Origin: Bacteroidales bacterium
GTDB lineage: Bacteria > Bacteroidota > Bacteroidia > Bacteroidales > UBA12077
DNA length: 64,000 bases
Reading direction: 5' to 3'
Assembly (NCBI GenBank): GCA_028282585.1
Contig: JANQHR010000049.1
Location: 1 to 64,000, forward strand
Shown here: positions 37,658 through 47,789 of the stretch, one piece after another
How positions within the stretch are numbered: position 1 is the stretch's first letter
Layout: each line of letters opens with the position of its first letter
Notes under the pieces: model-generated
The model's input: the letters and a program-made list of their open reading frames with translations, nothing else
What the model was told of the DNA's origin: nothing
Database searches by the model: none
Made by a program: the position numbers and the translations under genes

Positions 37658-39985
37658 ATGTTTATAAATTATATTATTACAGCATGGAGAAGTTTAATTA
37701 AAAACAGGGCTGTATCCATTATCAATATAGGAGGTTTAACTATTGGATTAGCTTCAGCTGTTCTGGCTATTTTATTTGCCCAGCATGAGCTAACCTACGA
37801 AGAAATGCATGAAAATGCAGATAGAACATACCGCGTATATATAAAAGGCGACTTTGAGCAATTCAACTGGATTCCCTACAGTTATGGACCTGATGGACCA
37901 ACTCTAAAAAATATGTTCCCTGAAATTGAAATGTATACTAGATTACAAGAATATTCAGATATTCCTGTAAGAGTTGGCGAGAATATTTTTTATGAAAACT
38001 ACGTATTTTTAGCTGATTCCAATATATTTAACATTCTAACCTTCTCTTTTATTAATGGTTCTCCTTCAAATGATCTAAACACAGTCGTTATTTCTGAAAG
38101 AGTAGCAAAAAGATACTTTGGAGATACAATTCCTATTGGCAATTCAATGACTATAACTTTTCGAGGTCAAAAAAATGAATATGTTATAACAGGCATATTC
38201 AAAGAATTTACATCAAATACACATCTAGGGATAGACATAATCTTACCATTTGATATAATACGCAGGTACGAATGGATTAAACCGGAGGAATATCAAGGGT
38301 CTTCATATTTAACCTATTTATTGCTTAATGAAGGTGTTGATTATAAACAATTAAATCAGAAGATTGAGTCAACATATAAAATTCCAAGTGAGATTGATGA
38401 TGTAAACGCTTTTTTAATGCCCTTAAAAGAAATACATATGCACGGGACATTTGGAAATAATAAAGGAAAACTTATTGTTTTTCTAGTAGGAGGTTTATTT
38501 GTATTAATTATTACATGTATTAATTACGTTAATCTTACTAATATTCTATTCTCAACCAGGAACAAAGAGATAGGTATTCGAAAGGTAGTTGGAGCAAGAC
38601 AAAAAAATATTATTTTTCAATTTCTTACTGACACTATTCTTACAACTATTATAGCTTTTAATTTTGCATTAATTATTATTAAGTTAATACTTCCATGGTT
38701 TAATTCATTAATGGATACCAATATTCAATTAGTGTCAAATACAAGTACAATGGTTCTTTTAGTATTAATATTTATAGTAACCATTTTATTTTCTGGTGTA
38801 TATCCTGCATTACGTTATTCCTTCTTAAAACCTGTATCATTGATGAAAACCACCACAAATATATTGGGAGGTAAAGGACGTTCCAGATTTATTCTAACAA
38901 CGTTCCAATTTTTTCTTGCCATAATTTTTATTCAGATCATACTTGCAATGAATAAACATGGAAATTTCTTAAATAGCAACGATTTTAAGTTATACAATTC
39001 TGATGATGTAATCTGTATTTCAGGAAAACCCTGGGGAGATCTAACTAAAATTAAAGACGAACTACTAAAAAGTCCTGCTATTGAATATGTTTCATGGGGA
39101 TCAACTATACCTGAATATGGATTAAGCTTATCTTCTGATTGGAAAGATAAAGATAATAAAACACTTGCATCAATTTACAGATTTGAAAAAGATTATCTTA
39201 ATGTATTTAAAATCAAGATGCTTGAAGGTCGCTTTTTTTCCGATGAGTTCCCTTCAGATCCTGAAAACGCCGTTGTAATTAATAAATTAGCAGCCAATAC
39301 TCTTGATTATGAGAATCCGGTGGGAAAAACTGTTTTGATTGGGGAAAAACAGTATAATATTATTGGTATTATTGATAAATACAGAGCTATACCTCCAATT
39401 TTTGACCATGTTCCTTTACTAATAAGAACTGGTTCAAAAACTTCTAATTATCTAATTATAAGAATTAATCCAAAAAATCGTAAAATAGCATATCAATACA
39501 TTACAAAAACTCTCCAAAGCTTTAACGCTGATATTCCAGTTGAATTAAAATATCACAATGATTTATTATACAGCACTACTGAGGCAAAATCATTTATTTC
39601 TTCAACTCAATTATTAAGCCTTTTCTTTTACTTGACTATTATAACTTCTCTTGTTGGTTTGTTCGGACTTTCGTTGTTCATAGCTAAACGTAACAACAGA
39701 GTAATTAGTATTCGAAAGGTTTTTGGTGCTTCAATATCAAATATAATGTTAAGGCTTTCTAAAGGAATAATTATTCAGGTTTTAATTGCCTTTATATTAG
39801 CTACTCCTGTTTCAATGATGGCAATGACAGGCTATCTTTCTGTTTTCCCAGCAGAATTTAATCTTGGATTACTTACATTTATTATTGGAGGTATAATAGC
39901 TATGATTTTAGTACTCTTAACTGTTGGGTGGCAGACATGGCGGGCTGCTAATGCTAATCCAGCTGAAGCTTTACGAGTTGAATAA
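37658..39985 (+). CDS. ABC transporter permease, MacB/FtsX-like, paralog 2
   Basis: HELTYEEMH, INYVNL, KEIGIRKVVGA, NPAEALRVE. Confidence 0.92.
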   Translation: MFINYIITAWRSLIKNRAVSIINIGGLTIGLASAVLAILFAQHELTYEEMHENADRTYRVYIKGDFEQFNWIPYSYGPDGPTLKNMFPEIEMYTRLQEYSDIPVRVGENIFYENYVFLADSNIFNILTFSFINGSPSNDLNTVVISERVAKRYFGDTIPIGNSMTITFRGQKNEYVITGIFKEFTSNTHLGIDIILPFDIIRRYEWIKPEEYQGSSYLTYLLLNEGVDYKQLNQKIESTYKIPSEIDDVNAFLMPLKEIHMHGTFGNNKGKLIVFLVGGLFVLIITCINYVNLTNILFSTRNKEIGIRKVVGARQKNIIFQFLTDTILTTIIAFNFALIIIKLILPWFNSLMDTNIQLVSNTSTMVLLVLIFIVTILFSGVYPALRYSFLKPVSLMKTTTNILGGKGRSRFILTTFQFFLAIIFIQIILAMNKHGNFLNSNDFKLYNSDDVICISGKPWGDLTKIKDELLKSPAIEYVSWGSTIPEYGLSLSSDWKDKDNKTLASIYRFEKDYLNVFKIKMLEGRFFSDEFPSDPENAVVINKLAANTLDYENPVGKTVLIGEKQYNIIGIIDKYRAIPPIFDHVPLLIRTGSKTSNYLIIRINPKNRKIAYQYITKTLQSFNADIPVELKYHNDLLYSTTEAKSFISSTQLLSLFFYLTIITSLVGLFGLSLFIAKRNNRVISIRKVFGASISNIMLRLSKGIIIQVLIAFILATPVSMMAMTGYLSVFPAEFNLGLLTFIIGGIIAMILVLLTVGWQTWRAANANPAEALRVE

Positions 39986-40007
39986 TATAAAACTAATAAT
40001 ATTTTTC

Positions 40008-40037
40008 AAAAAAAGCGGTCCAATAAAGACCGCTTTT
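40008..40037. terminator. Bidirectional intrinsic terminator
   Basis: AAAAGCGGTC-caataaa-GACCGCTTTT between convergent genes. Confidence 0.8.
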
Positions 40038-40056
40038 CATATATAGGATTTGTTTA

Positions 40057-40608
40057 TTAGGCTTTTTGCATTTCCTGAACTATTTCTGTACCTCTGTTTA
40101 CAGCTTTTTCATTAACAGGAATTAAATGGTGGTATCGCTCTGGTAATGATTTTTTCAAACCAGCAATCACATTTTCCATTTTAACAATTGGTTTAATCTT
40201 TAAGAATCCTCCTAAAACAATCATGTTGAAAGTCTTAGTGGTCTCCATTTTTGCGGCTTCAGCAGCAGCATCAACACGGTAAATGCTGATATCTTTTCTC
40301 TCTGGGTGGCGTGTAATACCATTGCCATCGTAAATTAACGTACCTCCTGGCTTAACCATACTTTCAAATTTATCCATTGATTGTTGGTTAAGAATAATAG
40401 CTGTATCATATTCACTAATGATTGGTGAACTAATTCTTTCGTCACTTATAATAACAGTAACATTAGCAGTACCACCTCTCATTTCCGGTCCGTAAGAAGG
40501 CATCCAGGTTACTTCTTGTCCTTGAACAATACCAGAGTAACACATAATCTTACCCATTGAAAGAACTCCCTGTCCACCAAATCCGGCTATAATTATTTCT
40601 TCTGTCAT
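40057..40608 (-). CDS. 2-oxoacid:ferredoxin oxidoreductase gamma subunit
   Basis: IAGFGGQG, SYGPEMRGG. Confidence 0.93.
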   Translation of the reverse strand: MTEEIIIAGFGGQGVLSMGKIMCYSGIVQGQEVTWMPSYGPEMRGGTANVTVIISDERISSPIISEYDTAIILNQQSMDKFESMVKPGGTLIYDGNGITRHPERKDISIYRVDAAAEAAKMETTKTFNMIVLGGFLKIKPIVKMENVIAGLKKSLPERYHHLIPVNEKAVNRGTEIVQEMQKA

Positions 40609-40637
40609 TTTTCTTAATTTTTTAATTTAAAAAATTA

Positions 40638-40670
40638 TCCCAATAGCTCCCGATAATTGTCGGGACGGGA
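40638..40670. repeat. Nested TCCCGA..TCGGGA palindromic element
   Basis: TCCCAATAGC[TCCCGATAATTGTCGGGA]CGGGA in the intergenic spacer. Confidence 0.5.
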
Positions 40671-40674
40671 AGGT

Positions 40675-41454
40675 TTATTCCTCAGGAACTTTTATGTCAC
40701 CCAATGGATAAAATGGGAACATGTTGTCTACCATCCATTGATTAGCTTGAACAGGAGTCATTTTCCAACCTGAGTTACAATTCGATACTATCTCAACAAA
40801 AGAAAGTCCTTTTTGCAGTTTTTGGTTTTCGAATGCTTTCTTAAGTGCCTTTTTCGCTTTACGTGCAGCAGCAGGTGTATGAACGGCCTGGCGAGTTACA
40901 TAATATGTTCCTGGTAATTCTGCTACTAATTCAGTAATTTTCATTGGTGCACCCATTGAGTGAACTTCCCTCCCATAAGGTGAAGTAGAAGATTTCATTC
41001 CTGGTAAAGTAGTTGGAGCCATTTGTCCACCTGTCATACCATATATACCATTATTTACGAAAATTATTGTAATATTTTCACCTCTGTTACATGCGTGAAT
41101 AGTTTCAGCCGTACCAATAGCAGCTAAATCGCCATCACCTTGGTAAGTAAAAACATAATTTTCAGGAAATAATCTTTTAATTGCAGTTGCCAAAGCAGGA
41201 GCTCTACCGTGCGCAGCTTGTTGCATGTCAATATCCATAAACTCGTAAGCAAGTACAGAACAACCTACAGGAGCTACACCAACTGTTTTATCCTGTGCTT
41301 CAAGTTCTTCAACTACCTCCATAACTAGGCGGTGCACAGTACCATGACCACAACCAGGACAATAACTTAATGGTTTTTCAGTTAAAAGATCTGTCTTTTT
41401 ATACACTAAGTTCTCTTCCTTAACTATATCTTTATTTATAACATTTTCAGCCAT
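40675..41454 (-). CDS. 2-oxoacid:ferredoxin oxidoreductase beta (TPP-binding) subunit
   Basis: YCPGCGH, HGRA, QGDGD, NNGIYGMTGGQ. Confidence 0.94.
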   Translation of the reverse strand: MAENVINKDIVKEENLVYKKTDLLTEKPLSYCPGCGHGTVHRLVMEVVEELEAQDKTVGVAPVGCSVLAYEFMDIDMQQAAHGRAPALATAIKRLFPENYVFTYQGDGDLAAIGTAETIHACNRGENITIIFVNNGIYGMTGGQMAPTTLPGMKSSTSPYGREVHSMGAPMKITELVAELPGTYYVTRQAVHTPAAARKAKKALKKAFENQKLQKGLSFVEIVSNCNSGWKMTPVQANQWMVDNMFPFYPLGDIKVPEE

Positions 41455-41465
41455 TTTTTATCCTC

Positions 41466-42542
41466 CTATAAAAATTTTTGTTCTAATGCTTCAACCACTT
41501 CTTCAGGAGATGGAATAATTCCGCCCATCCTACCGAAGTGTTCAACAGGAATATTGCATTCAACTGCTAGTTTAATATCCTCAATCATTTGTCCTGCACT
41601 CATTTCCACAGAAAGGATACCTTTAACTTGCTTGCTTAACTCAAGTAATCTTTTACTTGGGAAAGGGAATAATGTAATTGGACGTAATAAACCAACTTTT
41701 AATCCTTTGGCTCTTGCTAATTGAACAGATTTTTGGCAAATACGAGAACTTGTTCCATACGCTACAAAAATATATTCAGCATCTTCGGTTTGAATTTCTT
41801 CAAAACGAACTTCTTTCTCTTCTATTTCTTTATATTTTGCTTGAAGGTGATGATTAAAATCTTCTTGTTGCTGCGGATCAAGGTCCAGGGAAGTTATAAT
41901 ATTTCTCTCTCTGTTAGCATCTTTACCTGTAGTTGCCCAAGGGCATCTTTCCTTAACCTGCTCATTACTTAACCTTTGCTTTTGTTCTCCAACTTCAACT
42001 TTTTCCATCATCTGGCCAATAGCACCATCGGATAATACCATAACCGGAGTTCTGTATTTAAATGCTAAATCAAAACCTGTTTCTACGAAATCGTACATTT
42101 CCTGAACAGAGAAAGGTGCTAACACAATCATTCTGTAATCGCCATGTCCGCCACCTTTAACAGATTGAAAATAGTCGGACTGAGCTGGCTGTATAGTACC
42201 TAAACCAGGCCCTCCTCTAACTACATTTAATATTAAACAAGGAAGTTCTGCTCCCGCAATATATGTGATACCTTCTTGCTTTAATGAAATACCAGGGCTC
42301 GAAGATGAAGTCATAATCATTTTACCAGCACCAGCACCACCATAAACCATATTAATAGCAGCAACTTCACTTTCTGCTTGAAGAACAACCATTCCTGTTC
42401 TTTCTTCAGGTTTTTGTAGCATAAGGTATTCAAGAACTTCTGATTGCGGAGTAATTGGATAACCAAAATACCCATCGACACCTGCACGAATAGCTGCTTC
42501 TGCTATCGCTTCGTTGCCTTTCATTAATCTTAATTCTTTCAT
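41466..42542 (-). CDS. vorB: 2-oxoisovalerate-type oxidoreductase alpha-like subunit (VorB family)
   Basis: KGNEAIA, GYPITPQ, QAESE, TSSSSPG, RGGPGLG, GGGHGDY. Confidence 0.85.
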   Translation of the reverse strand: MKELRLMKGNEAIAEAAIRAGVDGYFGYPITPQSEVLEYLMLQKPEERTGMVVLQAESEVAAINMVYGGAGAGKMIMTSSSSPGISLKQEGITYIAGAELPCLILNVVRGGPGLGTIQPAQSDYFQSVKGGGHGDYRMIVLAPFSVQEMYDFVETGFDLAFKYRTPVMVLSDGAIGQMMEKVEVGEQKQRLSNEQVKERCPWATTGKDANRERNIITSLDLDPQQQEDFNHHLQAKYKEIEEKEVRFEEIQTEDAEYIFVAYGTSSRICQKSVQLARAKGLKVGLLRPITLFPFPSKRLLELSKQVKGILSVEMSAGQMIEDIKLAVECNIPVEHFGRMGGIIPSPEEVVEALEQKFL

Positions 42543-42570
42543 TATTTATAGTTCTTTTAAAAATTTAATA

Positions 42571-42801
42571 CTATTTGTTTACTTTTTTTCTGTAAACTGT
42601 AATAACACCGTCCGGGCAAACTATTGCACAATTGGCACAACCAGTACAATTATCAGGATTTTCCATATATGCATAATGATAGCCTTTACCATTTACATCT
42701 TCGGCTAACCGGATAACATCTGTCGGACATGAAGGCACACAAACTTCGCAGCCTTTACATTTTTCGATGTCAACAATTATTGACCCTTTTACTTTTGCCA
42801 T
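42571..42801 (-). CDS. 2[4Fe-4S] ferredoxin (delta subunit)
   Basis: CKGCEVCVPSCP and CTGCANCAIVCP; -7 box TATCTTTG at 42843-42850. Confidence 0.95.
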   Translation of the reverse strand: MAKVKGSIIVDIEKCKGCEVCVPSCPTDVIRLAEDVNGKGYHYAYMENPDNCTGCANCAIVCPDGVITVYRKKVNK

Positions 42802-42939
42802 TATATTAAAATTTAGTTTTTATTGTAGTTTTTGAACGCCACCAAAGATAACATTTTTAAGCCAGTTTTCTTGTCCAAAAATCTTTAGGAACGCCTGTTA
42901 TTCAACAGTTTTATTCATTATTAACTTAAGTTTAACAAA

Positions 42940-44268
42940 CTAACTATGATGTTCGTTAAATTCTTTTAATCTTTGCTCCAAATCTTCAAATTGGCTCCTA
43001 TGAATTTGCGAAACACAAGCCCTCAAGCCTTCATGTCTTTCACTTCCGGTTGTAGATAAGGATATAGCACTAATTCCATAATATAGTAATTCCTCTAACA
43101 AGTCTACTCCATCCATTCCAGGGTATGAAAAAGTGAAATAGAATCCATCAGCTAATGGTTCATCTTCATCCATATCGTAAACAATCCGAAAACCATTATC
43201 TGTGAACATTTTCTTCATGATCTTGGCTCTTTCGCCATATTCCTTAACATCTTCAACAAAATTGAAATCTCCATCATTTGCAGCTTTTAACATAGCAGCT
43301 AAACCATATTGTGCAGAATGGCTAGTTCCTGATGATAATGAATAAATGGCTCCATAAACCATTGAATAACCAAATTCATCTGTTTTATAAAACCTTTTTA
43401 AATCAGGGAATCTTTTGTTAAACAATCCGTTTGAAATGGCCATCATACCAATTCTTTGTCCTGCGTAACTAAACGATTTAGAGCTGGAAATCAATAATAT
43501 AAAATTATCTGTATATTTTGCAACTGATGGTTGATATGGTGCCTCTCCGGGTTTTGATAAATCCTTACGGAAATCCATTGCGAAGTATGCTAAATCTTCC
43601 ATAATGATTATATCATACTTTGTCGCTAATTCACCAATTATTTGCAATTCTTTTTCCGTAAAACAAATCCAAGATGGATTATTGGGGTTTGAATATAATA
43701 TTGTTGAAATGTTTCCTTTTTCAAGATATTCCTCTAGCTTTGCTTTTAATTTATCTCCACGATAATTGTAAACATCGAAAGTTTCATATTTTAAACCGAG
43801 TACCTTGTGCTGCATTTTTTGCACAGGAAATCCTGGATCGATAAATAAAGTTGTATCCTTATTAACATCTCTTCTACAAGCCACCAAAAAAGAAGCAAAA
43901 GCTCCTTGCATGGATCCTACTGTTGGCAAGCAATTTTTTTCATCAATATCAATATTGATAAAATTCTTTATAAATCGAGATATTTCTTTTTTCAAAATAT
44001 CAACGCCTTCAATCATCGGGTATTTTGAAGCTACACCGTTTTTTAAGGCTTCAATTTCACCCTCAATACCTACTTGTGCTGGTGGTAATCCTGGTACTCC
44101 CATTTCCATTCGTACATACTTCTCTCCAGTTTCATTCTCGATTTCATTTACTAAGCGAACAATCTCACGAATAGAAGCCATTCCCACTTTCTCTAATCCA
44201 CTTTCTCGTAATTTTTTTTGTACAACACAAGCGTCAATCGGTGTTTTCTTTATCGTTGTATCATTCAT
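42940..44268 (-). CDS. Class I/II PLP-dependent aminotransferase
   Basis: NPNNPS, EDLAY, SSSKSFSYAGQRIG. Confidence 0.92.
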   Translation of the reverse strand: MNDTTIKKTPIDACVVQKKLRESGLEKVGMASIREIVRLVNEIENETGEKYVRMEMGVPGLPPAQVGIEGEIEALKNGVASKYPMIEGVDILKKEISRFIKNFINIDIDEKNCLPTVGSMQGAFASFLVACRRDVNKDTTLFIDPGFPVQKMQHKVLGLKYETFDVYNYRGDKLKAKLEEYLEKGNISTILYSNPNNPSWICFTEKELQIIGELATKYDIIIMEDLAYFAMDFRKDLSKPGEAPYQPSVAKYTDNFILLISSSKSFSYAGQRIGMMAISNGLFNKRFPDLKRFYKTDEFGYSMVYGAIYSLSSGTSHSAQYGLAAMLKAANDGDFNFVEDVKEYGERAKIMKKMFTDNGFRIVYDMDEDEPLADGFYFTFSYPGMDGVDLLEELLYYGISAISLSTTGSERHEGLRACVSQIHRSQFEDLEQRLKEFNEHHS

Positions 44269-44299
44269 ATTAAAACGGTTTAAGGGGTGATTTAATGTT

Positions 44300-44821
44300 T
44301 TATTTGAATTCTCCTTTTATTTTGTCAATCCAATTATTAACTCTTTCATCAGTTAATTCCGGCTCAAAATCTTCATTTACTGGTAAACCAATAAACTTTC
44401 CATCTATTAAAGCCTTAGATTCTCTAAAATCATAACCCTGTGTATCAACTTTACCAATAACATTTGCACCTTTTGGTAGTATTTTTTCTGCTACGATTCC
44501 AAGTGCATCTACAAAATGAAGGTCATAAGTAATTTGATCTCCTAAACCAAACATTGCAATTACTTTATTAGAGTAATCAACTTTGGCAACTTCAGGTAAA
44601 AACACATCCCAATCATTTGCAGGCTTATCAGCATCCCAGGTTTCCTTACCAATTGTTGATATTCCATATATAACATTTTCATATTTTTCAACATCCGAAG
44701 CATTTGCTTCCTTCGCCGGAATTAAATCGACATTTTCTGTACCTAAAGCGCTTGCTACTTTCTTTGCTACTCTTTCAGTTGAACCCCCCAAAGGGCCATA
44801 AAATAATCCTATTTTTTTCAT
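44300..44821 (-). CDS. Long-chain flavodoxin
   Basis: IGLFYG..GSTERVA, FGLGDQ, FVDALG, TDERVNNW; -7 box at 44852-44859. Confidence 0.9.
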   Translation of the reverse strand: MKKIGLFYGPLGGSTERVAKKVASALGTENVDLIPAKEANASDVEKYENVIYGISTIGKETWDADKPANDWDVFLPEVAKVDYSNKVIAMFGLGDQITYDLHFVDALGIVAEKILPKGANVIGKVDTQGYDFRESKALIDGKFIGLPVNEDFEPELTDERVNNWIDKIKGEFK

Positions 44822-44883
44822 CTTATCTAGTTTTTATTTTTTCGTTAATTACAAATATAAGTATAGTTTAGGGTAACTAAAAT

Positions 44884-46332
44884 TTATTTCTTTTTCGTTG
44901 CATTGTATGCCAAACTTAATAGTGGGTTTGCAACTAAAGACACGATCATACCTACCGTGCCTGCTTGTGGCGATGGCATTCCTGTGACATATAATAAAAT
45001 ACAAGAAGCTAATCCAATAAATGCTGAACTTAATCCGCCAAATTGATTGCTCCATTTTGTAAATAGTCCCCAAATAAATGGACCTAAAAAGAATGAACCA
45101 ATTGCTCCCCATGAAATTCCTAAAATGGCAACTATAGAGTCCGGTTTTATTAACGCAATTATTACTGAAATTAATACAAATGCCACGCTGCCAAACCTCA
45201 TTAATGATGTTAAGCCTTTATCACTCACATTTTTATTTACAAATCCTGCGTAGAAATCTTTAACAACAGAAGAGCTTGAGATCAAAACCAAAGCTGCTAA
45301 TGTTGACATAGATGCTGATAAAATTAAGATTAGAATAATAATGGTCAATGATTCGGGAACTACATAATTCAATAACTCTGGCATCAAAGCATCCGGATCT
45401 AACGTACCTTCAACACCATTTGGAAATGATAATGGTGCATTTGTTGGATTTAAAAATACTCTGGTTGTCGAGCCTATAAAATATGCAATACAACCAATCA
45501 ATAATGCGAAAAAAGTAGATGCAACCATTCCAACTTTGATGGATTTTTTATCTTTAATTGCATAGAACTTCTGCACAAGTTGTGGCATTGCAAAAGGTGC
45601 AACACTGGTTAAAAATATTAACGAGAAAAGTGGCCACCAACCAGGAGGGCCAACTACCTTTGTTAACTTTGGATCAATATTGGATAATATTTCCGTTATC
45701 GAAACCATTCCTCCACCTTTATTCACCGTAAATAAAACAAGGACTATAACACTAGCTGTCATGATCATTCCAAAAATTGTATCAATCATGGTCATGGATT
45801 TATAACCGCCTAATGATAAATAAAGTGAAGTAAAAGCACCCATCGCAACAACAATATGCCAATACTCGATTTCTGGAAATGAAGCTTCAAAAAGCTTCGA
45901 TAATCCAATAAATACTGCTGCCGAATAAGGAACTAAGAAAATAAATATTGCAATAGATGAAGCTAACTTAAAAAAGCTATTTTTATATCTTTTCTCAAGA
46001 AATTCGCTTAAAGTTGAAACACCATATTCGGTAGACATTTTCTTTATTTTCCAGCCTAGAATTGCCCATACTCCTAAAACTCCTATCAAGGCGTTAAATA
46101 CACCAATCCAGATGCCAGAAAATCCAAATCCCCATCCTACTTTTCCTGCAAACCCAATAAATACAACCGCTGAAAAATATGCTGTTCCATAAGAAAATGC
46201 AGTCATCCAAGGACCAACGTTTCCACCACCTAAAAAGAAATCAGAAAATGATTTTGTTTTACGCATTCCTAAAATGCCAACCACAATAATCATTAATGCA
46301 TATGCTGCTAAAACTATTACTTTAACCGCCAT
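44884..46332 (-). CDS. Sodium:solute symporter (SSS/PutP-like)
   Basis: DFFLGG, FSAVVFIG, SASMST; about 13 TM. Confidence 0.92.
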   Translation of the reverse strand: MAVKVIVLAAYALMIIVVGILGMRKTKSFSDFFLGGGNVGPWMTAFSYGTAYFSAVVFIGFAGKVGWGFGFSGIWIGVFNALIGVLGVWAILGWKIKKMSTEYGVSTLSEFLEKRYKNSFFKLASSIAIFIFLVPYSAAVFIGLSKLFEASFPEIEYWHIVVAMGAFTSLYLSLGGYKSMTMIDTIFGMIMTASVIVLVLFTVNKGGGMVSITEILSNIDPKLTKVVGPPGWWPLFSLIFLTSVAPFAMPQLVQKFYAIKDKKSIKVGMVASTFFALLIGCIAYFIGSTTRVFLNPTNAPLSFPNGVEGTLDPDALMPELLNYVVPESLTIIILILILSASMSTLAALVLISSSSVVKDFYAGFVNKNVSDKGLTSLMRFGSVAFVLISVIIALIKPDSIVAILGISWGAIGSFFLGPFIWGLFTKWSNQFGGLSSAFIGLASCILLYVTGMPSPQAGTVGMIVSLVANPLLSLAYNATKKK

Positions 46333-46343
46333 TTTTAATATTT

Positions 46344-47621
46344 TTAAAAGAAGTGGAATACAGTAAACATTAACCTTGTATTCGATACTTCATGTGATTT
46401 TGTAAATTCTCCGTATTTGTTTGCAACATCACCATATGCTGCTACTGTATATTCTAACTCAACCGCTAACATAAAATTATTGATCTTATGAGATACCGTT
46501 GGTGCAATTCTATAAAAATAATCTACATTTAAGGCCATTCCATAAGCATCTCCTATTATTGGATCATCTGCCCCTAAATTTTTTGTATAGCCACCAAACA
46601 ATGCAAACTTTGTTTGTTCACCATAGATTATATTTGCCCAGGAATAGAAATGGTTATATGGGGTATATTTTTCTCGCCCTGTAATACTATCCAAGCTACT
46701 AACACCGTAACCTCCAGGCATAACGCTTTCCGAAAGGTTTTGCCCATAGATAGCTTTTGCTTTAACTTCCCATTTAGGATTTTTATATTTAAAATATCCC
46801 ATATACGAAATTGAATTTAATTTCTCATTGGTTACGAATAAGGAATCGTAAGTTGGATCAACATTAACTAACGATTCTGTTTCTAACCTGGGCATTATTG
46901 ATTTATAATCAACGGCTGCGCCAAATAAGAAATTACCTGGCTTATATTGAAGTTGCAAATGTAAATTAGGAATATTTGCATTTTTAATATACTGAGCAGA
47001 TTTTCCATCCGGACCTGAACTTACATAATCACTTTGAGATATCGCAGCACCAATTACCTTAAATTTTCCTAATTCATGAGAAACCTGTAACATTGGGCTT
47101 CGGTTAAAAGGTTGAAAAGGAATACCTGTGTTTAAAGACATAACCGAAGGAAAAACCTCCTTTACAAACATTGGGTGCCATTCGCGTCCTAATAAAACCT
47201 CAGTTTTTTCCCAATTTAATCTAGAATACGCATGGCGTAATCGAACCCTGCTAGTATAATAATTTCCAGTGATTCCTGTCCAGTCAACCTCCACTAATCC
47301 GGTTAATTTTGCCCCGAATACGTCCGGCCCTGTTACTTTTCCTCTTACTCTTGTCGAAATATCAACGATACCAAGAGAACCATGCGCATTTATATCTTCT
47401 CCATTTTCATCTAATTCTTTATCCTTTGGGTAAAGTAATAATAAATCTTCTAATACTTCTACATTTTGGCGGGTATCAAAGAATACATCGCTTTTTATAA
47501 ATCCTGAAGGTTCAAATTTTATCTTCCTTTCTACCGTTGCGGAGGGTTTTTCTTCTGTTTCTTGGGCAAACAAAAAATTAATCGAGAGTACTAATAATAA
47601 AACCAAATATCCTTTTCTCAT
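46344..47621 (-). CDS. Outer-membrane porin-like beta-barrel (DcaP-like)
   Basis: Signal peptide; SGFIKSDVFFDTRQ, RVRLRHAY, C-terminal Phe. Confidence 0.75.
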   Translation of the reverse strand: MRKGYLVLLLVLSINFLFAQETEEKPSATVERKIKFEPSGFIKSDVFFDTRQNVEVLEDLLLLYPKDKELDENGEDINAHGSLGIVDISTRVRGKVTGPDVFGAKLTGLVEVDWTGITGNYYTSRVRLRHAYSRLNWEKTEVLLGREWHPMFVKEVFPSVMSLNTGIPFQPFNRSPMLQVSHELGKFKVIGAAISQSDYVSSGPDGKSAQYIKNANIPNLHLQLQYKPGNFLFGAAVDYKSIMPRLETESLVNVDPTYDSLFVTNEKLNSISYMGYFKYKNPKWEVKAKAIYGQNLSESVMPGGYGVSSLDSITGREKYTPYNHFYSWANIIYGEQTKFALFGGYTKNLGADDPIIGDAYGMALNVDYFYRIAPTVSHKINNFMLAVELEYTVAAYGDVANKYGEFTKSHEVSNTRLMFTVFHFF

Positions 47622-47624
47622 TTT

Positions 47625-47789
47625 TTATTCTTTAACTTCCTCCGTTTTTATAAACCCAAAGCGTTGGAAACCTTTTAAAAGCTCTTCTTTTACTTGTGGC
47701 CATTTAAGGATTATACCTAGAATTAGCATAATTGCCAACGCTAAAAGCAGTTTCTCATTAAATCTTAAATCCTTAAATTTTTTCATCAT
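47625..47789 (-). CDS. Unannotated 54-aa single-TM protein (MMKKFKDLRFNEKLLLALAIMLILGIILKWPQVKEELLKGFQRFGFIKTEEVKE)
   Basis: Hand-translated; ATG abuts the upstream stop codon; its own stop is 3 nt before the porin ATG. Confidence 0.75.
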   Translation of the reverse strand: MMKKFKDLRFNEKLLLALAIMLILGIILKWPQVKEELLKGFQRFGFIKTEEVKE

